A DNA stretch of 63,818 nucleotides, the filler included, from Octopus bimaculoides (Eukaryota), in the NCBI RefSeq assembly GCF_001194135.2. It is 7 parts of 6 records of this genome, joined end to end, with 100 filler letters (N's around TTAATTAATTAA, not from the genome) between each part and the next. Parts side by side here need not be neighbours in the genome. Positions count along the whole stretch, not along the records: positions 1 to 29,851 come from NC_068988.1; positions 29,952 to 40,170 come from NC_068982.1; 5 more parts are not named here. The stretch is one strand, 5' to 3'. This document shows, piece after piece, positions 25,330 to 38,249 of the stretch (the first letter of the stretch is position 1; the number at the start of each line of letters is the position of its first letter). Both the position numbers and the translations under genes were made by a program. The notes beneath the pieces are model-generated. The model was not told the origin of the DNA, made no database searches, and was given only the letters and a program-made list of their open reading frames with translations.

Positions 25330-25710
25330 GAGCGAATATGAGGGGATATTAACTAATTCTTGTTTTATGCTAGGTGTGCAGCTGAACAAGAACCTTAAGT
25401 TATATCTTTTGAATATTTTCCTATATCTATCGTCTCGCGGAAAAATGTTTATCCGCTAACCTAAGAAAGGCTCTACCTAACCTCGCACAATTTCGTGTTA
25501 AATAAGAAAACGGGGGAACCAGTTGCTTTGTGGCGGAAAATTCTCTTAAGAATCCAAGGGCCAGATATTTAGGCAATAAGATCTTTAAACTCGTTATAGT
25601 AGGCTCCACTGCATGGTAGACATACTTATTTGAAGGTAGGTTTGAGATTCTCTCACCGATACTCTTTTTCGAAACACTATATGTAGTTGGCAAGAGGCTG
25701 TGTGTAAGTA
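25330..25710 (-). mobile_element. Penelope-like element, segment 3' of the nested mariner
   Basis: KKSIGERISNLPSNKYVY..., PPFSYLTRNCARLGRAFLRLADKHF, RYRKIFKRYNLRFLFSCTPSIKQ (PLE thumb/linker motifs). Confidence 0.8.
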
Positions 25711-26784
25711 CGAGAGAGTGTCAAAAATTATGCTCACTCTTATTTTTTTCAATGTATTCGCACAAAAGCAGAGGATAAACAAATACGCCATATTTCTATA
25801 GAGTTGCCTTGCTTTTCGATTCACTTGGTCTGGCGCCCCTCAAGCTTGCGTATTCCCTCCAAGAACAAGGTTGTTGGTTGGTCGTGCAACCATTCATGCG
25901 CCGATTCCCTCACATCTTCTTCCGTAGGAAATCGACGACCTCGTAAACCATCTTTGAGCGGTCCAAAGATATGATAGTCGGAAGGGATGAGATCTGGGTT
26001 ATAGGCAGGGTGTTCCAGCACTTCAGAATCCAATTGGTTAATGGTTTCAACGATCTGGGTGGCAGTGTGTTGGCATTCATTGTCATGCAACAACTAAACT
26101 TGCTTCAACAATAGGCTTCGGCGTTTGGTGCAAATTTCTGGCTTCAGTTTGTTGGTCAGCAAAGTACTGTATTTTGCACTGCTGGTCGTACACCTGTTTC
26201 CTAGGTAGTTTTCCAGTATAGGCCCTTTTGAGTCCCAAAAAAGGGTTAGCATCACCTTTCCCGCAGAAGACTGAGTCTTGGATTTCTCCGTCACTGGAAG
26301 GCCAGGATGTTTCCACTCCAGACTCTGTCTTTTGGATTCTGCCTCATAATGATGAACCAATGTTTCTTCTCTTGTGACAATTCTGCTCAGAAATTCGTCA
26401 CCTCCGTTGTTGTAGCGATCGAGTAAACGTTGGCAGACCTCAAGACGTTTGCGCTTGTGCTCTGCAGTAAGTTCTCTTGGCACCCATCTTGCACAGACTT
26501 TATGGAAGCCGAGCTCATCCTGGATGATTTGATTGGCAGACACATGACTAACATTCCTATCAGAGAAATCAGATCACTGCTCTTTGTACTTCTTTGGCGC
26601 ACATTGCTAGTGAAGCGGCTATGCTTACACTGTAAAGCCAGGAATAAAAATGGCATGATCAGGCTCCAACTTCGATCATGTGACCAGAATAGTGCCAACT
26701 ATAAGCACTCATGCGCAGAAGGCAGTGTGACAATAAAAAAGATATGTTATGGTAGAAGTGCGGATATGTTTTGACTTGCCTACG
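25711..26784 (-). mobile_element. Mariner transposon with both imperfect TIRs and TA target duplication (copy M3, different family from M1/M2)
   Basis: ELGFHKVCARWVPREL, RIVTREET, KVMLTLFWD, LHDN, HPAYNPDLIPSDYHIFGPLKDGLRGRRF; ends TA|CGAGAGAGTGTCAAAAATTATGCTCACT (25709) and AGTGCGGATATGTTTTGACTTGCCTACG|TA (26786); most of the N-terminal HTH region is missing. Confidence 0.95.
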
Positions 26785-27250
26785 TACAATAGCCTCTTGT
26801 TTGGTTTTCAGTATGACCTGCATGAACCTGTTCCAAAAAGAAGTGCGCCATCTAAGAAGTCAACACCAGATTGGTTTCCATGATAACCGTGAGCTCTAGA
26901 GAGGAGAAGATGTGGTTTAGGTCTTCCTTAACCTAATAGGGCTGTACTTGTTAATACCTCTAATGATGGCTAAGGATTCGCCTCTACATATGTCAAAGTG
27001 GGTTAAAGGAATTTTTTTATTTAGTGTATCTAAGATAAAGAGATCTGCAAATAACAGATATCGATTTGAATGACCGTCGTCATTTCGAAGCAATATTCTG
27101 GGTCTTTTTGGTTGACATGGACTTAATCATTATCGAGCATCTGGATTTTTCAAACTTGGTTTGGTATTATCTAAATCTCTGTTGACAATTTCCATAAACT
27201 CTACAGTAAAATTAAGACTGTTGAACCTTATTTAACAGTTCACTCGACAA
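26785..27250 (-). mobile_element. Penelope-like element RT segment 5' of the nested mariner
   Basis: ADLFILDTLNKKIPLTHFDICRGESLAII (GLYRDDGLA-like, decayed), IMETNL, VDFLDGALLFGTGSCRSY*KPNKRLLY. Confidence 0.78.
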
Positions 27251-27344
27251 AGATAGAAGAAAAAGTCCACTATAACGAATTCAGTGTTCCTTGTTCTGCC
27301 CTGGTTTGCTTTAAACCATGAAATTAAACACACACGCACGCACG

Positions 27345-27393
<49 letters not shown>

Positions 27394-27451
27394 NNNNNNN
27401 NNNNNNNNNNNNNNNNNNNNNNNNNNNNNNNNNNNNNNNNNNNNNNNNNNN

Positions 27452-27494
<43 letters not shown>

Positions 27495-27899
27495 TCTCTC
27501 TCAGTAAATTACACCAATCTACCCAGAGTTTTTTTACATGTAGGTAAAATGCCTCTAATGTGCACTTATCAAAAAAAAAAAAAAAGAAAACAGGTGTAAT
27601 ATACCACTTTTTTCTGAACATCTATCATGTTCACCAGTAGTCCCACGGATTTTCTTTACTAATCTAATGCTAAGGAAATCTCGAATTCTCCTCAACCTCA
27701 GCCCAATGTGTACCGTCAGCGCTGAATTCTACACTGAATTACTATGAACCTCCGCTCTCCGGATCTTCTTGGTTTCCTGCTTTACTGTTGTATATTTGCT
27801 CTCCCTTCTATACAGATATGTTATATAAATGTGTTATAAAATGATTTAATTCCTTGCCCCAACCTGCTCATATTTTCTATTATAGCTTTATAATCTCGA

Positions 27900-28370
27900 C
27901 ACTATAATGCACATAGCTAGATCCTATTTCTCTAGATCCTGCATCCATTCATTAACATAATTAGCGTTTTTATCTCACACTTCCCTTAGTTCGCTCATCC
28001 CATTTTTACCTTTCATATTCTCTCTCACCTAAAATAACCCCCTCTACTTCTCCCCACGGACTTTTATTCTTTTCAATTCTCTATTTTTCTCCCACTCTCA
28101 ACCAGTTTCTATCGCATACGGCCTCCTGTTTAGACAAGAACGTTCACGTTGTTTTGCGTTCGCCATCAGTTACAGACAGATTCTCATACTTAGAAGATGT
28201 ACAATCTTCTGTCTTTCTTTTAATTCTCTCTTGTCCTGTTTACCCTGAAGAAGGAATCTGCCCGAAGTATTGGACATTTCACTCCCCACGATAAAGTCAC
28301 TGTATTCATTCTGTTGCTTTTTCTGAATAATTACATGTCTCGACGACGCAGATCATTACCAGTCTCTCTG
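27900..28370 (+). mobile_element. Probable Penelope-like terminal repeat region with a degenerate hammerhead-like core
   Basis: Pyrimidine-rich body then CCCTGAAGAAGGAATCTGCCCGAAGTATTGG (28243-28273); architecture parallels 38980-39330. Confidence 0.4.
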
Positions 28371-28374
28371 GATG

Positions 28375-29165
28375 TGTTGTATAACATACTCACCTGGATA
28401 GTAAACAAATTTGTGCAACAAGATAAAACACATGAAAAATAATGAATTTATAATAAACTAAAAGGAAATAAATCAAAATCTGACGTAGAATGATTAGATT
28501 TACAGGAATACAGGATGTGAGCCGCATTACTCAACCTGATAACTATCATAAAATATTCACAATAGGACTGAAAATTTATCTAGACAGCCTCAAAACACAA
28601 ACGAATCGAAAAGAACAAAAAGCTTTGCTTTTTTGTTTTTTTTTCATGTGAACCAACAGTTGTTAAAGAGAATTTGAAGTCACAAAAATGTGATAAAACA
28701 CATATCTGAGTTAAACTAGAGCTTAGGAATGCCATGCTAAAGTGAAAGCAAGTAGAGCGTTTGTACTCTTGTATGGCTAATACCTGGTAAAAACAATATT
28801 ATAGAAAGATGATAAAATTAAGCAAAAAGAATCACAACACCGATTAAGAAGCGAAGGAATCAATGTTGAAAGTCTTAAAAAGTTCATAGCGCTTTAGGAT
28901 CAAAAACATTACAAACTACGAATTGCATTTTAATAAGCGGAATACTTTAAATGACTGCAGAATATGTGAAGATTGTGAATATATATAATTACATTGTCTC
29001 TGGCTGCGCAGTCATACGAAATACAAAATAAATCTAGAGACCTAGCAGGTTTGGGGATTGCGTCAGTATTGCTCTGGAAATTTTGTAGCAATATGAAATA
29101 CTAACTGAAAAGAGGTTTAGACATACATCCAGAAAATTATAGTTGACCAAATATTGTTGTCAAGG
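28375..29165 (+). mobile_element. Dong/R4-like non-LTR retrotransposon internal fragment (RT C-terminus to zinc knuckle)
   Basis: YNILTWIVNKF, KSDVE*LDL, NYHKIFTIGLKIYLD, FIAL*DQ, CRICEDCE..INYIVSGC (CX2C...HX4C-like); heavily frameshifted. Confidence 0.7.
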
Positions 29166-29895
29166 ACCAGCAGAAGAAATTACATACATATAGAGATCTA
29201 GAAACATGTATAACCGGATCGTGGAGACAGAAAACAGAAATCTATATCTATGAAATAGTGTTTGTGAGTGTGTGTTTGTGTGTGGTGCGTATATTCCTTA
29301 TGGATTCAAAAACTGAGTTGCCGATTTTGACGTATGAGGATTCAAAAGATTCAGCAATCTTTCGGCTACCAAATAAAGTATGGTTTTGCACAGCAACTCT
29401 TTTTTCCTACAAAAATAACCTCGAAAACTAGGTGGGTCACACAATTTTGGGGCTATTTTCGGCCAATATTGTTACCTACTTGTAATCTACGTTACCAATT
29501 TTTATGTTTTGGAGTAAAAAAATGCAGTAATTTACAAAGAGTGTTATGTGTGCATTTGTGATACACAAAACTCCTATTTGTCACCAGAAAATAATCAAAC
29601 TCCATGCTTTTTTTGGCACAATTATTGGCACATTTACAATATCACCCACTTCCGGTTTTTTTTTTCTCAAAAATGTCTTCGGATTTCTATGTTTTCGATA
29701 TAAAATAATAGGATTTTGCACAAAAATCAAGCTTTAAAACTTTTAATTTTCACTACGAATCTGGGAATTTTTTTTTAATATTAATTTTCCTTGAAGAAAC
29801 ACTCAATGCTCTTTTCCCCTACCTCACCCAACCATTACTTTCCCGCTTTCANNNNNNNNNNNNNNNNNNNNNNNNNNNNNNNNNNNNNNNNNNNN

Positions 29896-29907
29896 TTAAT
29901 TAATTAA
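29896..29907. other. Artificial contig joiner TTAATTAATTAA between N runs (also 40215, 45621, 49010, 54412, 62321)
   Basis: Identical 12-mer with stops in all six frames, always embedded in N runs; an assembly artefact. Confidence 0.93.
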
Positions 29908-30409
29908 NNNNNNNNNNNNNNNNNNNNNNNNNNNNNNNNNNNNNNNNNNNNAGTTTTAATATATTTATCTGTGTGTTTATGTAATAAATGAATATCTAAG
30001 ACATAAACGTATAAGTAAATGTTTAAGTGTGTTTGTCTGCACATGTGATTGAGTGTGTGTGTGTGTATGCGTGTGTTTGTGTGCGTGCGTGCATGCATGT
30101 GTCCTCTCTTTGTTTCCGTTTGTTTCTAAACAGTCTTTTGTTTCGGGGTGTCAACAGGCTTCTAGTTCTTACATTCAATAAATTTGAACTCAGTGGTTTT
30201 ATTTATATATCTTTTTCTCTCTTAAGGTGTTCCCCATTTATCGATGAAAGAAAGAGAGAGCGGGGGGAGGGAGAAAGAGAGAAAGCGAGAGAGTGATTGT
30301 TTGTACTGTTTTTTTTTTTTGTTCTTTTTTTGAACTTCGATAATGAAAGCCATATTCAATACGCAGTAAAATATATGCATTTGCAGGTTTTCATTTCTTA
30401 TATTATTTT

Positions 30410-30640
30410 TTCAGTCATAGGCCAGCCCGTTGTACTGGGGCACCGCTTTGAAGGGTCAAGTCGGACAAATCAACCCCACCTCACACTATCACGTACTAAT
30501 TTTTTAGAGTGTGGTACAGAATATATCGGGTCTCTTTCTGCCGCACCGTTAAGTTACAGGGACATCAACAAATCAACATTAGTCATCAAATGAGGTACGG
30601 TTGGGATGGTGGAACAAACAAACACACACACACATACTTC
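30410..30640 (-). mobile_element. SINE family A 3' part
   Basis: TTTCAGTCATAGGCCAGCCCG..GGGCACCGCTTTGAAGGG..TGCCGCACCGTTAAGTTAC. Confidence 0.75.
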
Positions 30641-30821
30641 GTAAAAGAAATTTATAGACGTTCGACAGAAGGTGAAATAATTCTCGAAGCTGTAAATTGC
30701 ATGTAAATATTAGATTCAAAGCCCCTTTTGGTATGCATGCATACATATATGCCTGCATACATATATACATACATACATGCATGCATGTATATACATACGC
30801 ATTTACTGGCCACATTATTAT

Positions 30822-31255
30822 AGACGCAGGAGTGGGTGTGTGGTAAGTAACTTGCTTACCAACCACAGGATTCCAAGTTCAGTCCCATTGCGTAGCACCT
30901 TGGGTAAGTGTCTTCTACTATAGCCTCGGGCTATAGATGGAAACTGAAAGAAGCCCATCAAGAATATATGTGTGTGTGTGTGTGTGTGTTTATCCCCCCC
31001 CCCCAACATCAGTGATACTAGGCTTACAAAGAATAAGTCCTAGGGTCGATTTATTCGACTACAGCCGCAGTCAAATGACTGGAATAAAAGAATGACTGGA
31101 ATAAAAGAATATATATGCAATCATAGCCTCAGGCCGACCGAAGACTTTGATAGATAGAGGCTTAACGAAGCCAGTCGTATATATATGTGCGTGTGTGTGT
31201 GTCTTCCGGTCTGTATTTCACGCCCCCTACCCAACGCTTAACAACCGGTTAACAC
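30822..31255 (+). mobile_element. SINE family A (deleted copy plus a second partial copy)
   Basis: Head AGACGCAGGAGTGGGTGTGTGGTAAG; tail CAGTCAAATGACTGGAATAAAAGAAT duplicated; partial copy follows. Confidence 0.8.
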
Positions 31256-31325
31256 ATGCATACATATATATAGCTACTATATACATGCCTGCATATCTAT
31301 ATATGTGTATCTATATATGTATACG

Positions 31326-31705
31326 GGGAGGCGCAATGGCCCAGTGGTTAGGGCAGTGGACTCGCGGTCATAGGATCGCGGTTTCGATTCCCAGACCGGG
31401 CGTTGTGAGTGTTTATTGAGCGAAAACACCTAAAGCTCCACAAGGCTCCGGCAGGTGATGGTGGCGAACCCTGCTGTACTCTTCTACCACAACTTTCTCT
31501 CACTCTTACTTCCTGTTTCTGTTGTGCCTGTAATTCAAAGGGTCAGCCTTGTCACACTGTGTCACGCTGAATATCCCCGAGAACTACGTTAAGGGTACAC
31601 GTGTCTGTGGAATGCTCAGCCACTTGCACGTTAATTTCACGAGCAGGCTGTTCCGTTGATCGGATCAACTGTAACCCTCGACGTCGTAAGCGACGGAGTG
31701 ACAGA
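31326..31705 (+). mobile_element. tRNA-derived SINE family C, full length
   Basis: GGAGGCGCAATGGCCCAGTGGTTAGGGCAGTGGACTCGCGG..GGTTTCGATTCCCAGACC; A and B boxes intact. Confidence 0.92.
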
Positions 31706-31989
31706 AACAAATATTGACCGAGCAAGGAAGGCAACAAAAGAACACGTGGTTGTTCGATCTTCTAAAAATAGCGGCCGACCCTCTTTCTAATCAAACCATG
31801 CCATTTCGAAAAATATAAAAAAAGACTCAGTGGGTAGTATAAACGTTACGACATTATGTCTGAAGAAAAACTTGATGGTCATAGCTGGAACGTCATTGAT
31901 CCTAGGTTTTTGAGTTACAGAAAGAACATTAATTTTTGATATCGATTTCTCACATTCACTATAGGAAATTTCTAGGAAATATGAGATAC

Positions 31990-32665
31990 TGTCGCAGGTA
32001 TTTGCAATCTTCTGTTTTTCCGTTCCGAGTTCAAACTCTGTCGAGGTCGACTTTGCCTTTTATTCTTTCGGGGTCGATAAAATAAGTACCAGCTGAACAC
32101 TATGGTGATGTAATCGACTTATCCCCTCCCCCCACAATTTGCTGGCCTTGTGCCAAAATGTGAAACCAATACTTAACTGATGGTAAAGCAGCAAGCTGGC
32201 AAAACCTTTAGCACGCCGAGCAAAATAGCGGGATTTCATACGTTTTTTGAGAACGGAGTTCAAATTCCGCCAAGGTCGACTTTGCCTTTCATCCTTTCAA
32301 AGACGATAAACTAAGTACCAGGCATTGGGGTCCATGTTATCGACTTACCCCTCTCTCGAAATTATCGACGTAGTGCCAAAATTTCAAACCAATACTTTTG
32401 TTGACCCTGGTACAATAAAAGTAAGGTTAACTTCGTGCAATTTGAATTGAGAACGTAACTAATTATGACGAACCAGCAGAATCATTAGCACCTTGGACTT
32501 TTCTCGTCTTTCGTGCAGAGTTCAAATTTCACCTAGGTCGACTTTGCCTTTTATCCTTTCAAGGACATTAAAGTAACAGTCAAGCACTGGGTCGATGTAA
32601 TCGACTAACACACACACACACACACAATTTTAGACTTTGTGCCTATAGTGGAAAGATTTACTTCA
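31990..32665 (+). mobile_element. Cluster of ~4 SINE family B copies
   Basis: Repeated GTCGACTTTGCCTTT(T/C)ATCC/TT cores near 32046, 32275 and 32537, plus an inverted remnant near 32400. Confidence 0.82.
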
Positions 32666-33254
32666 TGTACTTTCTATGACATTCTACAGTTTCTGTTACA
32701 TATTACCCTTCAAACTTTAATTGTGCACTTTAGCGGTATACTCGCGAGATTAGGCGTAATAAACCATTTTTCTGTGTCGATGACCGATTTGACACTCGGT
32801 TGTTGACATTTTATTTACGTCACGGAGAAAGACAATACCATTGCAGATTTTATTTCTCATTTCTAAAAAGACACAGAGCATTGTTTCTAATTAAATAAAT
32901 GAATATTATTTATATGACTGCCAGTATCATAGCAGTGAAAGCTTGAGCATCGGATAGAATACCACTTCGTATTTTTTCGGCTCTTTCCGGAATGAATTCA
33001 AGTTCCGCCGTGGCTAATTTACTTTTCATTCTTTCAGAGTTGAAAAATTAAGTACCAGTCGAATACTGGTCCTCACTGTGTGCGTATTATAAATAAAAGT
33101 AAATTTCGAAAGCAGGATAGCTGTGAAAACAGCCTAGAAAATTGGTTGAACACACTAGATTTTCATAGCTATCATAAGTTCAAAATTTACTTTATTTTTT
33201 TGTAAAATACAAACCCACTCGACGCTTGTATGTTTGTGTGTGTGTGTGTGTGTG

Positions 33255-33425
33255 TATTATACAGGATTATCAGTTAGTTATAATTTTATTCAACATATAT
33301 TTCCCTCTCTGATTCACACGCTTATTGCAGCGGTTCTTCAGCTTTTCTAAACCCTATAAAGAACGCGGAAGATTGGGCTCCAACCAGGCCTTTTGCGATA
33401 TCATTAAGGCCAGGAACTTTTTAGA
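33255..33425 (-). mobile_element. Mariner 3'-end remnant
   Basis: Minus strand GLEKLKNRCNKRVNQRGKY resembles the mariner C-terminus (GIxKLxxRWxKCVxxxGDYVE). Confidence 0.6.
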
Positions 33426-33426
33426 G

Positions 33427-33468
<42 letters not shown>

Positions 33469-33498
33469 ATATAATAATAATATTAGGGATAAAAATTG

Positions 33499-33562
<64 letters not shown>

Positions 33563-35297
33563 ATTGTTATAAGAATTTATAAAGATCGAGAGAGCGTAAA
33601 ATAATTCTGTTTAGAATTATGTACCTCGAAGCAGACAAAGCAATAAATAACAGCTTGTAAATATTGGCTTAAAGGCTCGAACTCACATCTCCAGGAAAAT
33701 TACAGGTGTTTTACCATTATTGGACCCATTTATTTCAGAATCAGTCACGTTGCGCTGCCAGGAGATTCACTGGTCATCAATGAAATAAAGAAGGACCGAG
33801 CGAGTGGTTAATAATCTCTTTTCGTTGGTACTGGAAACATTCAAAGATCGATCGATGTGCAGTACAGCAGGAAACGGAAATACGGGAGAAAGAAACTCGT
33901 CACATTGGCGTCGGTTTAGAGCAAGTACGAAACTTTAGGATAGTCATTGTTTTTAGCTACGTATTTTTATTGTTCGAATCTGACAGTCTGAATAACAGAA
34001 GAAAGAGTTTTTAACTAAATCTGGTAGATGAAATAAACTGTAAAATTCTTGTAAAAGAATCTTGTTGCTAAACAAAGGGGAAAATATTACTTGTAAGACA
34101 ATAGAAACGATACTTTACTGAATCTGGTTTGACAAACGTTTTTCATCTCAGATCTTTCATTCCAGCTTTCATTTTTAATCTTTTGAGACAGGGTGATTTG
34201 GGCACAACATGAAGCTAACGAAACTTCCCGGTCAATATTCAATGCCCATACTGTCAACTCATACCTAATTAAACGTGGGTGTTTGAGGGCAATTCATAGT
34301 GAACTGCTTTCTCAAGGATACAATGCATTGTTGAAGACGATGCACTAACTGCAGTTTTGCAGCCCATAAAATTACACCCCTCAGTGTAGAACAGCTGCGA
34401 ACTCTCATAACACAGGTGGTAGACGAGCATTGCAGGAAATAAAATTTACAACGAATAATAGTAGTTTGGAAACACTTCATAAATGTACTTTTTCTAAACA
34501 TTTTCTTTCTTTCTTGTTGTTTCTTTCTTCTTTTCTTTCCATCAGTTTATTTTCGTCAAGAGCATTGCAGTCTTCCGCGCACATCTCGGAACAGAACTAA
34601 TTACTTTCGTATTTCATTGTAATATAGTAGAAAGAAATATAAATACGTAGCTTGAATAAAACATGTTGCATAGAGTTGATTTGATCAGCGATAATTTCTT
34701 TTCTTTTGCGTGCTAAAGACATTTTGCTACCGTAACAAATAATTTTCTTATCGTTCTATCCTTATTTCAGAACATCTTTTTTATTTTGATTCTGATATTA
34801 TATTCAGGACCACTTTATCGTACACACTAGCGAAGCTAGGGGNNNNNNNNNNNNNNNNNNNNNNNNNNNNNNNNNNNNNNNNNNNNNNNNNNNNNNNNNN
34901 NNNNNNNNNNNNNNNNNNNNNNNNNNNNNNNNNNNNNNNNNNNNNNNNNNNNNNNNNNNNNNNNNNNNNNNNNNNNNNNNNNNNNNNNNNNNNNNNNNNN
35001 NNNNNNNNNNNNNNNNNNNNNNNNNNNNNNNNNNNNNNNNNNNNNNNNNNNNNNNNNNNNNNNNNNNNNNNNNNNNNNNNNNNNNNNNNNNNNNNNNNNN
35101 NNNNNNNNNNNNNNNNNNNNNNNNNNNNNNNNNNNNNNNNNNNNNNNNNNNNNNNNNNNNNNNNNNNNNNNNNNNNNNNNNNNNNNNNNNNNNNNNNNNN
35201 NAGTCGGCCCCTGAAATAAATTAACGTTAATGCATAAGTCCTGCAAATTTTAATGTTACTGATTGCTATTGTTTATCTATCATTATTGTTGTTATTA

Positions 35298-36583
35298 ATA
35301 AGGCGGTGAGCTGGCAGAATCGTTAGCACGCCGGGCGAAATGCTTCGCGGTATTTCGTCTGCCGTTACGTTCTGAGTTCAAATTCCGCCGAGGTCGACTT
35401 AGCCTTTCATCCTTTCGGAGTCGATAAATTAAGTACCAGTTACGCACTGGGGTTGATGTAATCGACTTAATCCCTTTGTCTGTATTTGTCCCCAGTATGT
35501 TTAGCCACTTGTGGGCAATAAAGAAATAAGAATCGTTAACGGCATTTTGTTCGACCTTGCGTTCTGAGTTCAAATTCCGCCAGGGTCGACTTGGTCTTTC
35601 ATCCTTTCGGGGCCGATGAAATAAGTACCAGTTACGCACTGGGGTCGATGTAATCGACTGGTCCCCTCCCACAAAATTTCAGGCTTTGTGCATGTAGAAG
35701 AAAGGATTATCAAGGTAGCGAGCTGATAGAATTGTTAGCACACTGGGCGAAATGCTTAGCGATATTTTGCTCGTCGTTACGTTTTGTGTTTAAATTCCGC
35801 CGAGGTCGGCTTTGCCTTTCATCCTTTCGGGGTCGATAAAATAAGTACCAGTGAAAAACTGAGGTCGATGTAATCGACTAGTCTCTTCCTTCTAAATTTC
35901 AGGCCTTGTGCCTTTAGTAGAAAGGATTATTATTATTATTATTATTAAGACGGCGAGCTCACAGAATCGTTAGCACGCCGAGTAAAACGCTTAACGGCAT
36001 TTAGACCGCCTTTACGCTCTGAGTTCAAATTCCGCCGAGGTGATCTTCCGAGATCAATGAATTAGGTACCAGTGAAGCACTGGAGTCGATGTAATCAACT
36101 ATTCCCTTCCCCACAAATTTCAGGCTTTATGCCTATAGTGGAAAGGATTATTATTATTAATACTTAAAACTGCGTGCTTGCAGAATCGTTACTGCGCCGG
36201 GCAAAATGTTCAGAAGTATTTCGTCTGTCTCTATGTTCTGAGCTCAAATTCCGCTGAGGTCGACTTTGCCTTTCATTATTTCGTGGTCGATGAAATAAGT
36301 ACCAGTTACGCACTATGGGCGATGTAATCGACTTAATCCCGTCCCCAAATTTGAGGCCTTGTACTTCCAGTAGAAATGATTATTAATAGCTAAGGTGGCG
36401 ACCTGGCAGAGTCGTTACCGCGCCGGGCAAAATACTTAGCGGCATTTCGTCCGTCTTTACGATCTGAGATCAAATTTTGCCGAGGTCGACTTTGTCTTTC
36501 ATCCTTTCGGGGTCGATAAAATAAGTACCACTTGAATACTGGAACTTTGTGCCAAAATTTGAAACCATTATTATTATTATTAT
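35298..36583 (+). mobile_element. Head-to-tail array of six SINE family B copies joined by (ATT)n
   Basis: Units start near 35300, 35531 (5'-truncated), 35712, 35949, 36168 and 36392; a seventh degenerate copy follows at ~36680-36870. Confidence 0.93.
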
Positions 36584-38204
36584 CAATAGTGTTATACGCT
36601 ACTGTTTCTAGTTATTCAGACGATAGCTGAAAGTCCTTTTTGCGGATCACACTTAGTTTTTCGACCGACTCGCAGAATTGTTTGGGTATTGGAGAAGTAA
36701 AATGCTTCAAGAATTTCTATCTGTTTTTTACGTCCTGATTTCAAGTCGCGTCCAGTGCAACAATGATTTTCATTCTTTCAGGTTCATTAATATGGAGTAC
36801 CAGTTAAATACAGGGTCGATGGTAAACGATTAATTCCTTCCTCTGGTCCTGTGCTTAAATCAGAAACCATTTACGTACCATACAGAGGTCTGTTCGATCA
36901 GAACTTACTTGGGGCTATACAACAGGAACGATTAATATTTATTAGACATGATATCCAATAAATTGCCATGTCTAAACCTTTTTTATATATATACATTATA
37001 AAGTATAAAATTTAATTTTGAATTTAGGTGAAATAATACATCGTAAAGTAGGGAATAGTTGTTGAAATCGAACTCAGTTATTGATAATTCTTTAACTGTC
37101 CCAAAGTCGACCTCGGTTGTATTTGAACTCATAACCTTAAAGTATGTAACTAGATACCGTAAAGCATTTCGCACGTCGTTCTACGTATTCGGATAATTTC
37201 CCCCCAACGTTTTGACTTCAGATACCCGATACCTTTAACTAGCTCTGTCTGAGGCATACTGTGTGAGAAAAACCAGTTTTGATTGGTTATTGTTCAGCTA
37301 AGGCGCGAAATTTGAATATTAAAAAGAAGAGAAACATATTGGGAAAATAAAAACAATAAAAACAAAGCAGAAAAGAAAAAATGAAAAAATTTCTGACGGT
37401 CGATCATCAGGTGTTTCGCGTCACTTTATTTTTTTATTGTTTCATCCCTTGTTACAGCACACCCATACGTCACCATCAATGAAATACAATGGCGTGGTAA
37501 TAGCGTGTGTGTGTGTGTTATAAAACTTGAAGTGAAGAGTTACCACAGCAGCCGCTGCAATAATAATAATAATAATAATAATAGCAAGGGTGGTGCTTGT
37601 TAGTAGGTGCGATAGTTGGGGCGTTGTAGCAATGGCGTCACGAGAAAGAGTCGAGTTGATGAAGTTCATAGCAATGATGATAATGACGATGAATGTCTAG
37701 CGATGGTGTCTGGTGGTCGTGTGCTGCAAGATGAGACTTATTGTTGCTAAAAAAAGCAGTGGTAATGAATTAAGTAGACTGAAGTGGATAGTTGTTCAAA
37801 ATAACACCAAACACAAAACCAAAAACAAAAGCATAACTTTTCTATTCCTCACTATTATTTACCTTCTCTCTCTCTCTCTCTCCTTCTTCTCCTCTCATTC
37901 AGCTGCTCTTCTCTTACATACCTATCAATCTATCTATTTGTGTGTGTGCGCGCGCGTGTGTGTAAAATGTTCGCCTGTCTATCAACCTGCCTTTGTATCA
38001 ACCAGCAACAGCAGCAGCAGACTGTCAGCTGCCTAACTCCACAAGTGGCCTTCCAGATCAATTGCACATCTATTCCCAATGATTAACCCTACCCTCTCTC
38101 TCTCTACAACAATACGACTTCCACCTCATGCCCCGCCTCTATTATACTGCATGAAGCAGTGTGATACTGTATGTATGTATGTATGCATGCATGTATATAT
38201 GTAA

Positions 38205-38249
<45 letters not shown>

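Noticed and set aside
33693-33830. Exon-like segment with acceptor and donor candidates on both strands
   Set aside because: Stops in all frames checked; no family recognised.
34264-34501. Minus-strand 78-aa ORF ending at an AG|GTATGA donor-like site
   Set aside because: The ORF's own stop sits directly before the donor, there is no convincing acceptor, and I recognise no protein similarity.
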